Shown here: positions 8,723 through 21,019 of the stretch, in pieces
How positions within the stretch are numbered: the stretch's first letter is position 1
Layout of the letters: each line of letters starts with the position of its first letter
DNA from: Macrostomum lignano
Taxonomy: Eukaryota
Direction: 5' to 3'
Assembly: GCA_002269645.1 (NCBI GenBank)
Contig: NIVC01005146.1
Span: forward strand, 1-24,843
DNA: 24,843 bases
Notes under the pieces: model-generated
The model's input: the letters and a program-made list of their open reading frames with translations, nothing else
What the model was told of the DNA's origin: nothing
Databases searched by the model: none
Program-made: the position numbers and the translations under genes

Positions 8723-11700
8723 AATTTATCTCAAAGCTTGACTTTAGTTTGGGTCTCAGGTCTTCCAGAGATTTTAAAAGTTCCGTAGCATCCAGCTGGC
8801 TTGGCTTAAGAGTAGTCGCTAGAATGGAAAATAAGCCGGACTTTACTGTTGCATCTCCTATCTCTTCAACCTTTTCAGCAAATTGACTGAACAGTGAGTT
8901 TTCTTCGTCATCAAATTCTGTGATGTGTGACAATAAAAAGCTGGCAAAGCCCATAGGTAGTCTTCCTCTAATAAGCAGCTCTAAAATGCTATTCAGCAAA
9001 GGTTCCGTTAGCCGACGTGTATGAAGCAAACTGTAGTAAAAGTTGGACTCAATTAGCATTAGTCTTGCTTCATCTGGTGCAGAAGAATCAGAAAAAAGCT
9101 TGGCCGACTCTTTCTTCCATTCAAGTAGGACGCTGTCAGCGTCATTCGATAGCAGCCCACGACTCTGCAAACTATTATATGTAGAGATCACTTCCTCTAA
9201 TTTGATGCGCTTTCCGGCTGGTGCAAAAAATTTAAAAAATTTCAACAACGACTCGAGCTCAATTAGAAACCTGGGCCGTTCGTTCTTGTCGCGAACCAGC
9301 AGAAGTAAATTGGTGGCGATTCTTCTCCATTCGTCAAGATTTTTGATGCAGAGTTTTTCAAAGTTAGGACCACTTGGGACAAGCACTTTAAGCATGTTTT
9401 CAAAACGTTCATTTAGATCCTCAGTGTCTGAGCAAAGGACATCAACGTTTCTCTGTCGAAGGTATGCATGAACATTGAGAATTTGAGCTAATCGGAGGTT
9501 GCTGTCGTCAAAACAACCAAGAATAGTAATCACCGCGTCAGTGAGATCATCACAGTTCTTCAAACGATAACTAAGTATCTCCATCACACCATCACTCCTA
9601 TCCTGCCCACAAAAATTAATTGTAGCCATTTGAGTAAAGTCCATTAACATGTCGTCCGAAACAGGAATACGGCGCTCTAGGCCAAGCTGGGTTAAAAACG
9701 TTTGCATTTCGTTCTTGCAGTTATCAGCTGCATGGCCTAATGCTTTAAATATTTTGCAGAAACCAGAATACACAAGTGGGCTGTATGGACAGCTAATCTG
9801 CGTAAATTTGATAGGACGATCTGATTCAAATGCCGATGACTGCTCTCGCAAAATGTACTCAAACATCTGTTGCATCAGAGAATCAGCTACCGACCCACAC
9901 CATGAGCCTGCCTCAAAAAGTGAATAGTGACTCATAGCAATTAACAGCTTTGTAGTATTTTGCAATAACCGTTCTTCGATTGACGAGAGTACAAACTCGT
10001 GAAAGGAGGAATACATTGAGAGTCTTGTCGTCTCCACTGATAGGCGAACAAGCCAGTGCTCGGAATCAAAAGGCGGTTTTAGTTCCGCTTCATGCTTATC
10101 AAACAGAATAGATTCATTCAGAGTAAAGCGCCTGAAAGCGGCAGAGAATGGCGGGTTGTTTTTAAAAAAGATTAAGGCCCTCTGAATCTCCTCTTGCGAT
10201 CGCAGGACATCCATGAGAGCCTGCGGTACAACTTTATCAAACAACTGGAATAAGTAAGATTCATTTTCTTCAATGAATCGGCGCTGATTATTAAAAACAA
10301 GGTCAGAAAGAGAAAACTGCACCTCTGGGCAGATGCATTCAACGAAGTCGACTTGCCAATCAAGTAGTGGATTCCATTTCCACGAGTTTATTGTAAACTT
10401 AAGATCCTCTCTTTGTAGTTGCACTAGCATAACGACGAATTTTTTGCTTTTACATTCCGTCTGGTATTTTTTACAAATGTCGTCCAGCAGACAACGGGCG
10501 TGTAGGACATAGTTTTCATCAATGGATGGCTTGACTCGAATAATCATTAGTCCGTTTTGTTGATCTTGTCTGAAAAAATCGGAAAATACGTCAATCATAT
10601 CGCTTTCGCGTACAAAATCCATAAGTCGAATATCCCTGACAGTAAAATCCGAATCTGTCTCAAGGGATTCAATCTTAGTAAACAGAGAAGATTTCGTGTA
10701 AATATACAGCTTGCATATTTGACCTGGTTTGCAATTAGCAGCTCTGTCTTGAATAATATCCACAAAGCTCTTGTTCAGTGTTCGCGAACTCGTACTGAAA
10801 TACTCGGTTTGGTAGTTTTTCCTTTCTTCGATTGGAAGGTTAGAGAAAGTACATCTTAATACGGAGTCGGGTAGCATATGCGCTCTCAGTCGCTTAAACG
10901 CTGCATCTACGAAAGCTGAATGAGGCTCTCGTCCAAGTTTAAGCCGCTGGCCATCAAGAGCCTCGTTAATTAAGTAACAAAATGCAAGATCATCATAAAA
11001 ACCTAGAAACACTTCTGATGTTTTGAATTCAAGTTTGGACTCATTTTGAACAAGGTGGGTTAAAGTAATAACTTTCTTTTTTAGCAGTCCGCTGGATTCT
11101 TTTAATTCAAGAGCATCGACTGTATTCTTCAAAGAAAATGGTTGCTTCTCAAATCGGTTTAGAAACGGAGGATCCATGAGTCGCATATCTTGCACAACTG
11201 TTTTATTAACTAATACGATGCAACGAAAATTATTGTGCACAACACAGTTTTGATTGGCCTGAGTGCCCATCGCAATGCGACAGTACTTTTTGTTGGCGTA
11301 TTCAGAGTAATTCTGATTCAGCATGTCATACAAGCTTCCGTAGAGAAGATCGAAATCCTTAAAAATCAGGATCAACCCTTCCTCCATACACATGATTACT
11401 TCGTTGAGCTTTCGATACGTGAATTCCTCGGAAAATTGGTCTTTATCATAGCCGGATCCGTGCATTACTCTAAACTTGCGTTTCTCTTTCGTAAGTTCGT
11501 TGCATAGCAAGTCTAGACAGGAGTCGCCATCGCATATAAGCATCAAGTGACGCGCCGATGGATCTTGTAGATTTTTAAAAATCATGGTTTCAGCGACTGA
11601 TTTTTGTCGCGCTGTCTTCACACTTGCATCTAACAAATTTGGGAAGTGCTTTGTGAAAACACCCAGCGCCCTTTCGTGAGATAGCTTTAACCCGTTGAAG

Positions 11701-14700
11701 TTGCGCGCTAGTCCTTCTTTTAAAGCGAACACTTTTTCATCTTCACTATACATCTGGTCGCTTAAATACTTTAGAAGATAGTAAAAGTCGCGTAAGCCAT
11801 GAAAGTTTTCAAAGGGCTGCTTTTTATTTAAATATTCATGGCAAGCTTTAGCAATCTTCCTCTGGTCAACATCCTCAACGGTAATAGACTTTTGGTCTGA
11901 AAGAATAGCTTTTCCAGTATCGTACAACTCTTCCTCTGTCATGTCAGGCCGGGAAATGTGAATAGCTCGATTCATCTTAGCCGGGTCCAAAGCCCAGTTT
12001 GAAATTCCAATAACAGCTACTTCGCAACGACAATCGAGAGCCGACTGCGGCTCCAGAAGACTATGCAGAACCTTGAGAGGATTGTGCCGCGACTTTTCAG
12101 CCAGTCCAATCTCGTCGATCAGAACTACAGGTGTCATGAATGCGTCTCCAGATTTTTTAAGCTTGTTACGTGCCGATTCAAAAACTTTTTTTACTCCTTT
12201 TGAAGTCGATGCTTCAGAGCCTTGGAAGCTGGAGAAGCTCAACGAAGGATACTGTTGAAAAAGGGGGTGCTCAGAATCCTTGCCACGAAAGTTGCTGCGT
12301 ATGATGGAGACCGCTAGTGACTTGGAGCAGCCAGGTTTGCCAACAAGAAACACGGGGACTCTAGCATAGATGCAACAAAACAAAACAAATATATTCTCTC
12401 GAAGTGCTAAATTGACAGCTGTTTTAGGCGGACACTTCATAAAGCGAATAAAATTGGCCTGAACAATTTCTATCTCTTTACAAAGCTCATCTGCGTTAGT
12501 TTTAAAGTAGACAGAAATAGTTTCCAGATAGCGCTTTCGTATGGTACTTGTCGAGTTGCGAACGTAGTAGCATACATACAAAGCAAAAAGAGCGGCAATA
12601 CTTTCTTTATTTCGCTTAAAACTCGGATTTTCAGAACCTGTTTCGTTCCATTTTTTAAAGAATTCAAAAAAGAAGTGAAAGAATTCACAAAATCGTCGAA
12701 CGTCTCTCAGACTTGTAGCGTAGTCTGACTCTTCGTTAGAACGAACAAATTTTTGCGAAACTGTTATACACTTGACAACTTCTGCGAGCTGCAGTTCACT
12801 TTGGACATCGTCTAAGTTATCAGAGAGTGATGTTGTCAAAATTCTTCCAATGTATGCTTGCTCATCATGGTCAGTGAGACGACCAAAGTCCCAAACCAGC
12901 TCCACCATTGACTCGGGAAGAGGGTGCACTCGATAGACCAAGCTTTTCATCTCATCTTCTCGTAGTTCCTTTGTCTGAAAGCCAGCTGTGCTGCTGCTGC
13001 TCTTTGGGCGCAAAACGTAAGGATTACATGCCGCCATAAGTCTCAGGTTTGGAGGAAGACGCTCTCCAAGTAGCTTTTTGTGACATATTGCTTCTTTAAG
13101 GAGGCCGAGATGCTCACAAGTGTTAATTTCATCTAGAAACACCCATACAACGCCATCACACGCATTGCTGTAAACAAATTCTTTGTACTTCTCTTTTGCG
13201 ATACCTGACGCAGACCGAATACGTTTTACAATTTCTTCCTGCTCAACACCTGCATGAAAATTCATCACTTCAAGATCAACACCTTGAACATTAGCTAGAA
13301 AGCGAATCAAGCTGGTTTTACCGCAGCCAGTCTCACCCATGATCAGCACAGGAACATCTGCATCTATGCGGAGTGAGATCAGAACCATTTTTAAAAAGTT
13401 ATCTGCTGTTAGGCGGTAGTTCAACGTCTGGTCTGAACTAATTTGTGGAATGTCCCCTGGAGATCCTTTAGCCGCGATTCTCACAAGGCGATGAAGCAGT
13501 TGCTCCTCGGTTAGTTCAGAAAACTCTGTTAATCCTCTTGACGAACTTGCCTCGAACAAGCTTCTAAGCTCCTCAGGCACTTCATCGAGTTTTCTAAACA
13601 CAAGCTCTACTGCCGAGATGTCTTGCTTTTGAAAAACCGGCATGACATGAGCAGAATTTTCCCAGTTCAGCATGGATTTAAAGCGGTTCGCAGTCCTTTC
13701 ATACACATTAGTAAGAGTATCAACTTGCTGTTTTTGAACTGAGCCAAGTGATAAAACTGTCAGCTGCAGAGCTGAATCGATAATAAATGTCACCAAATCG
13801 CTACGGACATTGCTGTCCGTTTCAAAAACTCGTCGAAGGTTTTTTATTTTGAAGAACTCACTGCAGTAAAACTTTTTTAATTGGTTTGACATCAATTTTA
13901 AGCTATTTTCAATTAAAGAAAATGACAAATTAGCCCCTTCGTCTTGTTCTGAAAGGTAGCGTTTAAAAAGTCGCCGAAGTAAAATAACACATTCGCTCGA
14001 TGGCAAAGGCGATCCAAAATCTACTTCTTTGGTGTCCAATGTTTCTTCGTAGAGATTTTGAAGATATTTGCATACAACTTGAGTGCAGCTGAGCGGCTCT
14101 TCTGAGACACAGAGAGTTTCTAACCCAATACTCCAGCTGAGCCGTTTTTCACCGATTTGAGACAAAATCGTGAAACTATCTTCCAGCTTGTTATTGATGC
14201 TGTTGGCAACTTCAATGTAGACAGCATCAGGGTTAAAAGGAACAGTGTGATTGCTGCTTACTAAGCTCTTACAGAAAATTGCTTCGAAAATGATCAACTC
14301 AAGAACATCGGGATTATCAAGCCAGCCAATGTCAAGATGAACGGCACACTTTTTTCCTATTTTCTTTGATAGTTTCTTAATGAAGGAATCTTTCGTGACT
14401 GTGCCACTAATGTGCACATGTAATAAAGAGTCATGTCTGCACGCTTCTGAAAGTACTGTTTCAGTCTTTCCGATGCAAGGACGGTCCGAAGAATAGAAGT
14501 AAACGTGCTTAAAAGTACCTTTCACTACGGTTTTCAGTCGTTCAGATGAAATGGCCTTGACATTTACAATTTCATCGGAAAAAACGGTGAAAAGCGTGTG
14601 AGATCTGGCAGCCTTGCAAAACACGGCTACACGACCCAGCTTTTCTTTTTCTTTTTGTCGACCAATTTCAGCTATCAATTCACCCAAAACCTTCTGCTTC

Positions 14701-17220
14701 AAGTTCTGTGATTCAAGAAAGAAAAATGTCCTGTCAGACTGCTTGCTAGCCCTGCGCAAAGTAAGAATCACCTCTATTGAAGTAGTTTCTGGTGAGCAGA
14801 AAACGACTTCACTACTTAGCGGTAGCTCGCATTCCGAATTTGTCCAGACGTTTAGGAAAATTCCGATTACTTCCTTATCGTTAGGATTGATGGAAACCAA
14901 AAACAGCTTTCCTTTTTGAACATCTAGGGCGTTGTTTTTAGTAGTGACGCTTGCTTTTTCGCGCTGTAGCTCTGTAGAATGTTCTCTTAAAAAATAAAAA
15001 ATATTTTCAACACTTTCTTCCATATCGTTTTTTAAAAATGGAGCTTTATCCATGTTGATTGTCTCGTTGGTAGGCAGCGAAATGTTTAAGAAATTTAATA
15101 AATGTTCGACATCCGACCAGGATGTATTTTGGTCATTCACAAAGAAGCGAACCAAAATCATCAAATTAGTGCCAAACAAGTAATTAGCGTGCAAATACTT
15201 CTTACGCATTTCTTTTAAAAATGTGTTCCACTTTTTTAAACATTCTTCAAGTTCACTTTGTAGTCGCAGAATATCAGCGAATTTTAGCGACTCGGAAATT
15301 CTGTAATAACTGGGATGGCCGGCTTCCCAAAGTTTATAAAACATCGTAAATACATTTTCTAGTAAGTCAACATCCGTAATAAATTCCTTCAACTTTTGAT
15401 TGTCCTCCTGTGAGTCAGTAGAGTCAAAGTGTGTTGAACTCATTGTCATCAGAATACGGCTTCTGTGATCAATCATTTTTGCCAGGCTCAATCGGCGATT
15501 TCGAATTTGAACTGACATGTGAACAACTGACGCCTCATGCCTCTCTGAGGTAGTTGTACTGTCTATTTCGTCCTCTTTCTCGTCGCTCAATGCAGATGAA
15601 TTCAAACTGTTAGTAGCTGTTTTATTTATCTTTATGGTGACAGTCACCTGGTCCGGCTTCAGGCTAACAAATTCGAGTGCAAATTTTTTTGAAGTCTCTC
15701 CATGCGACCCAACACTAGAGTGAAGTTCTCGAATCGTATTTAGGTTTTTTTCACATTCATTCAACCTTTCTAACAAATTTTTCGTAGCCGTATCCTCTGA
15801 TGCGTCACGGGACTGAATATGACATCCAATAGAGCTGATTGAGCGATTGATACATTTAAATATCTCATGTATTAAAGGCTGCGAACTTGAGAAAAGTGGC
15901 TTCATTGCACGTTGTAGCAGAAACAATGAGTTGATAGTTGAAATGCTTACATCTTGACCAGCAATTTCACAGTCCATTAAGTGCTGGAAGTCAGAACCTG
16001 CCTGCTCCCGAATAAATTTTATAATTCCGTCTCTACAGTTGAAAACGCATTCAATAACGCACCAAGCGTTCTCAGTGACCGAGTTAAATTCATTGGACAA
16101 GTCATTGTGCAACTGCAAGAACGTTGACAATGTGATGTCGCTAGGCAGATTTAGGTACTCATGTAATAGTTCCAGCACACGTGAATCTTCACAGAAATTT
16201 TGACTTGAACTGTCTGAGCTGTCCGAGATGCTTCGCTTTTCTTTCTCAGGACACACAGATAAAGTTTCATGAAGCCACAAAAGTGCACTAAGTCTACTTT
16301 TCCACTCATTCCGCGACAGCACTTTGCAAAAGTTTTCAATGCCTCGACTAGCAAACAAAATTTTCTCTAGCAGTTGAAGCTCATTCGAAAGGTTAAAATT
16401 TCCTTCCAAACTTTGTGAAATATCCTCAATATCCTTTAGGCTGACCTCTTCAGCCACAAGACTCTTTGATACAAATTTTGTGTATTGATCAAAAGCTACT
16501 GGAAAAACTTCGTGCCAAAATTGTGAGCAAGTTATACCAGAGCTGCTAAGAGAGCTTTGCTCTGTAGCGACTTTCCGAAAGAAATAATTGAAAACAGATG
16601 ACTGAAGAGCAGTATTCGGGTCTAAATTGACGCCCAGCATATTTACGTCGATTCCGAATCTCTTAAAGACGGAAGTGTGAAGCATTTCACAGATTTTGAT
16701 ATTTTCGCTATGTCTCATAAATTCGGTAAAGGCCCTTTCGACCTCCTCCACGTCGGATAAATTGACGCTATATGACGTCTTGACTTCAGTAAAAAAAGCT
16801 ATAATTTCTTTCATTGCCATCTGTTGATGCCGCCAAGTATCGATAGCAGACTTCCCTTCTTTGACAACTTCTTGGAAATTTACTCTTCCAATTTGACTAT
16901 GCAGTAGCAAATTTGCAATAGAATCTATTGCCTCGCATGTTTGGCGCTCTTCATTTTCATCGCTCATATAGCCAGTGACGAACGCTTTGAATTCATTGGC
17001 TGTGAGATTGAAGCTGGTAAACTTTTGAAGGTAAGTGGACAAGCTATCAAGGCAATTTACTGCTTCGTTTACAAATTTCGTAGACAAGTCTTCATTCGCA
17101 GCTGATTCAACCCACTGCCAAATATGGCAATGGTGACGCAGGACCTGAATTTGTTGTTCGACTTCCGAGGCATTCTCTAAAGAAGCGCGCAATAATTCCA
17201 CCATTATGCTCACAGTATCT
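8691..17220 (-). CDS. RNF213: RNF213/mysterin-like giant AAA+ ATPase, uninterrupted part of a giant exon (stalk, dynein-like AAA core, E3 back/shell)
   Basis: 2,840-aa ORF with RNF213 signatures SDRPCIGKT, VLIMGETGCGKT, VFLDEINT, MAACNPY, LVYRVHPLPESM, VFLVGKPGCSKS, LIDEIGLAE, GISNWALDPAKMNR, GLRDFY, LYDMLNQNY and PFLNRFEK. Acceptor TTTTAG|A at 17221 is phase 2. Confidence 0.95.
12111..12341 (-). other. AAA4-type ATPase site: Walker A GKPGCSKS (12341-12318), Walker B LIDE (DE at 12116-12111)
   Basis: Motifs are read directly; the equivalent RNF213 module is catalytically active. Confidence 0.9.
13128..13337 (-). other. AAA3-type ATPase site: Walker A GETGCGKT (13337-13314), Walker B FLDE (DE at 13133-13128)
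   Basis: Motifs are read directly and are intact. Confidence 0.9.
14463..14489 (-). other. AAA2-type nucleotide-binding P-loop SDRPCIGKT
   Basis: Positional equivalent of the RNF213 SxRAGVGKS-type motif. Confidence 0.7.
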
Positions 17221-17811
17221 CTAAAACAAAAACGAAAGGTTGTTTTTTAGCATTAAATATTTAAAATAGCTACATTTATTTTACTTTTTACTACTAACAC
17301 GTGAATTTTTTAATTTCGCACGGCAGAGCTCAGTTGCTAAATGGATGGAATGTTTCAGCTAGTTTAAAAGACTAAAATTTAGTTATTCCAGGCCTAGGGC
17401 TTCAAGCTGGGTGTTACATTCAAAGACTACCTTAGAGACTCAAAGACTACTCAGAACTTACGAATTGTGTACTCGTAAATTTTTCAAAGGCTGACCCTCA
17501 AATTTTATCTTTTTCCAAAACGCAGCATGCAGACACCTAACTTTTCACCATTTGTTTAATACTTATTCTTTTTAAAGCTAAATTTATACAAAAGACGAAA
17601 GCATCACACCAATGTGCTAAAATGAGCCCCTGCAAAAATAGCTATAGTACAATACTACAATAAAGCAATTATACGAGTAAATAATTCGTCCTTGGTTATT
17701 TTTCGATAAGCTCTCGAACGAGCTGCATCCATTATGGAAATAAAAAATGAACGAGCTACCCCATGTGCGATTTTTTTTAAATTTTCAGCTGCATTAAAAC
17801 TTACTACTTAC

Positions 17812-19054
17812 CTATTTGGCTGATAATTCTTCGACTTAAGGACATCTTTTTGCAGAAAGTATTTTACGATATCGCTGCGTTCACTGCAGCTCTGCCGAAG
17901 ACACTCGGCACATATGTTGAATGCGACATTCAAAAGCTCTTGATTGGATGTTGAAAAAGCTGATTCTAAAGCGTTTCCACATAACCGTTGGTCCCGAAGC
18001 ACCTTTTCATACGCAACTAGACAGGCGTCTTTGAAATCTTTGTGTTCCGAATCCGAACAATCTAGTAACAGTTCTTCAGTAGCTTCTTGTGGCAATTTAT
18101 CGCTTTCTTCTTTGCAAACAAGAAGGTATGTGGACAAAATTTCATGCGATTGGCCCTTCATTTGCCCCGAAGTCTCTTTTAAATGAGTATCGATGGGCAA
18201 TGTGTTGAATTTTCTCACAAACGCAGACCGTAAGTGAGATTTTTTCTCAAGAATTTTCTTCACCAGCTGCCACGCAAAAGCGTCTTTTTGTTGAAGACAG
18301 GTAATGCTAAGAAGTTCAGCAAATGCTGGAGCACTGCAAATTTTATCCTCCGCAGGATAGTTCTCCAGAGACTTTAAGAAAGCGGCTCTAATTGTCTCAA
18401 TTTTATCAGCATTAGCGTCTTCAGAATTATCGGCTGGTAATATTATTCTGGCTGATTTAAGAATTTCTGGCACAGTTAGTCCTTTATCGCATTTCAGGCT
18501 TTCGAGTGCGCCAGATATTGCCCGTTCTCTTAGAACTTTCTTGATGAACGACAACACACTAGGATCTAATCCTTGTGTGCTTTCGGCGCTGTTCAAAAAC
18601 TCTTTTGCTTTTCGACTGCAGCTTTCTTTGTCGTTCGACGCAATATACAAAGCCAATGACGCTTCACAGTCGTTCAAATCGAAACCGTTTTTGTGAGCAA
18701 TGTAGCAAAACTCAATCATCATTTCGTCATTAGCATGGTTCTTGCTTCTCATAAGACAGTCAGTAACCACTGGAATGAATCTTAAGTCTAATCTTTTTGG
18801 ACACCTTAGCTTATCAAGAAGCGTAAGGAACGACGTGTTACATCTACCAGCACTAGATGAAGCCTTTCGATAAATTGCAAAAATCGTGTCAATGCAACCT
18901 GCATGGTCCAAGCACTTAAGGAAATCGTCGTCAAGTTCCGGAATTAGAGGATCATTAATGAAATTAAGAAACAAATCTGCCACTTTCGGTTCCAACGGTA
19001 TAACAGCGCCAAGCTGCCGTATGATTGACATGATCCGGACAAATAAAATGCCAG
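17812..19054 (-). CDS. 3' part of the transposon-split exon of the RNF213-like gene (N-arm/stalk region)
   Basis: ORF 17808-19031 plus in-frame AGILFVRI up to the TSD. Donor AG|GTAAGT at 17811 is phase 2 and joins A|GAT at 17220 to give AGA. Confidence 0.85.
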
Positions 19055-19062
19055 CAAGTGCT

Positions 19063-20232
19063 CAGTGTTGGGCAAGTTACTCAAAAAAAGTAACTTGCGT
19101 TACTGTAACTTAAGTTACCACTTTTTAAAAAGTAACTTACGTTAGCCTAGTAACTTTGAACAAAAACCCGGTAACTTTTAAGTTACTTCCGTTACTTACT
19201 TCCGTTACCTATGTTATAAACAAAATTTTCTGCTTTTTTAACATTGCAAATGTGCTGGAACAGCACAAATGATCGCGAAAGCCAGAAGGAAAAATACAAC
19301 AAAATTAATTTCAGTAACTGTATTAAATTTTAATCACTTTAGGCCCTTTCCGTAAAAAGAAGAGAAGCTGAAGGTCAGAAACGTTAAAGGCAAAACGCAA
19401 TTTAATTTTTAATAACATTATAAGTTATAATACACAAGGACAACTTAACGTAACTTCAGTTGTCCTTGATAATACATCGCTCGTAATAAGTACCTGGCTT
19501 TACTCCACTCTACAGTCTGCTTTACTAGTCTTTTTATTTTCAATTATTTGAAATTTTTTTCAATTTTTTCAATTATTTTTCAATTCATTAATATTAAATT
19601 ATTGTGCAGTGCAGTGCAGTGCCAGTGGACTTTAGTGGTGTAGCCAGGGAGGCCGCCTTAACAATCGTTGGGGCGGCAACTTCACCCCACCTGCAAGACA
19701 CCCCACCAGGGGGGGGTGGGGTTGGGCGTGGCGGGTGCATGAGGCATGGCCAGCCAGGCCAACCCCCCCCCCAATTAAAATTCCTGGCTACGTCGATCAC
19801 TGAGTGGATTTGTGGAGACTACAGATGAATTTCTTTCTTTGGTTGTTTGTTTCTAAGAACTAAACAAAATATTTTTATTAACTTAAAAACGAAAAGCAAA
19901 AATATTTTACCGAAAATAACAAAGTAAAAACATGTTTCAAGTATTTCTTTATTAATTACAGCGTAATACTGTATGATATTATTCACTTAGTTTTGAATTT
20001 AAGAATGAAAAATGCTAAAAATGTGACAACTGGCGTAATAGCTAAGCATATCAGTTTTAAATTTAAATATTGCGATTGTTGCAAAGTAACTGTAACGGAC
20101 TTCCGAAATTTGAGTAACTTACCGTTACTCCGTTACCAAAATAGGAAAGTAACTTGCGTAAGGAACGCTTTACGAAAAAGTAACTTGCGTTACCATTTAC
20201 AAGTTACTCGGTAACGGAAGTGCCCAACACTG
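19063..20232. mobile_element. Non-autonomous hAT-type DNA transposon (1,170 bp) inserted in a coding exon
   Basis: Perfect 12-bp TIR CAGTGTTGGGCA (19063-19074 and 20221-20232). 8-bp TSD CAAGTGCT (19055-19062 and 20233-20240). Subterminal GTAAC/GTTAC arrays (AAAGTAACTTGCGT at both ends). No transposase. Confidence 0.93.
19623..19802. mobile_element. GC-rich MITE-like insert nested in the hAT element
   Basis: Inverted GTAGCCAGG (19640-19648) / CCTGGCTAC (19783-19791), outer CAGTG/CACTG, G and C runs, in an otherwise very AT-rich element. Confidence 0.5.
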
Positions 20233-21019
20233 CAAGTGCTTTTCCTTCAGCAGAAAACGGATAAAATTGTGTTATTTGTGGGTTTAGAATGAAGAAAGTG
20301 ACACCGGCGATAAACTCATTAGAAAATCGGTTTTGCGCTGAAAAATCGGCGTTTTTCAGCAATGGCCTCAAAAACCTGCTGATAAAATGAATATAAATCG
20401 ATGGAATAGAATCGACGTTTTCAGTATTTTCAAAACACTCATAGCAGAAACTAAACATTAGAGTTGTTAAGGAACGGGAATCAGGTAGCTTTTTTAAGGT
20501 CTCATAGCGACCGAAGATGGCAAACTGAAGAAAGCAGTGCTCGTTAAGTTTGCGATAGCATTTTTCGCGGATTTTTCGCAATCGCCTTTCTGTGACTACA
20601 TCATTTAGTTTTTCAGTTAAAAGGCCGTGAATGCTTATCTGCTTATATCTTTCAAGAAAGACAAACTTATTTGCCAATTGTCGATACTCTTCACAATCAA
20701 ATAGATTGATCATCTCACCGCACTCACTAATATTAAATTGATATGAAATGTGCTCAGCAGCATCTGATCGAATATATACTTGCCATGCAGGCAAGCAGTA
20801 GTAGTTGGAGCCGTCTACTTTATTCGGGATTTCTTGGTACATTTCGAACTTCTTGTTTTTGAGCACCAGAGAAACAGTGAAACCATGCATTTTCCTTAAC
20901 ATATAACTCATTGCTACTTCTGCCAGTTCCTTACGAAGGCTGGGTTTTCCAACATTACAAAACTGATTATCTAAATAGCTGAATAGATCAGGCAGACAAA
21001 GCCGAAACTCGTATTGAAC
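20233..21019 (-). CDS. 5' part of the transposon-split exon of the RNF213-like gene
   Basis: Acceptor TTTTTAG|GTT at 21020, phase 0. Open frame VQYEFRLCLPDLFSYLDNQF...MSYMLRK...YPFSAEGKAL runs into the TSD. Confidence 0.85.

Noticed and set aside
6838-8730. Programmed ribosomal frameshifting or a multi-gene operon
   Set aside because: Six or more mixed-direction shifts without slippery-site/structure pairs; the fragments are collinear parts of one protein.
9043-16354. Many short plus-strand or off-frame ORFs overlapping the giant exon
   Set aside because: Shadow ORFs of a long coding sequence, with no recognisable motifs.
19594-20214. ORFs inside the hAT element as a transposase
   Set aside because: Short, low-complexity, and no DDE or BED-finger motifs.
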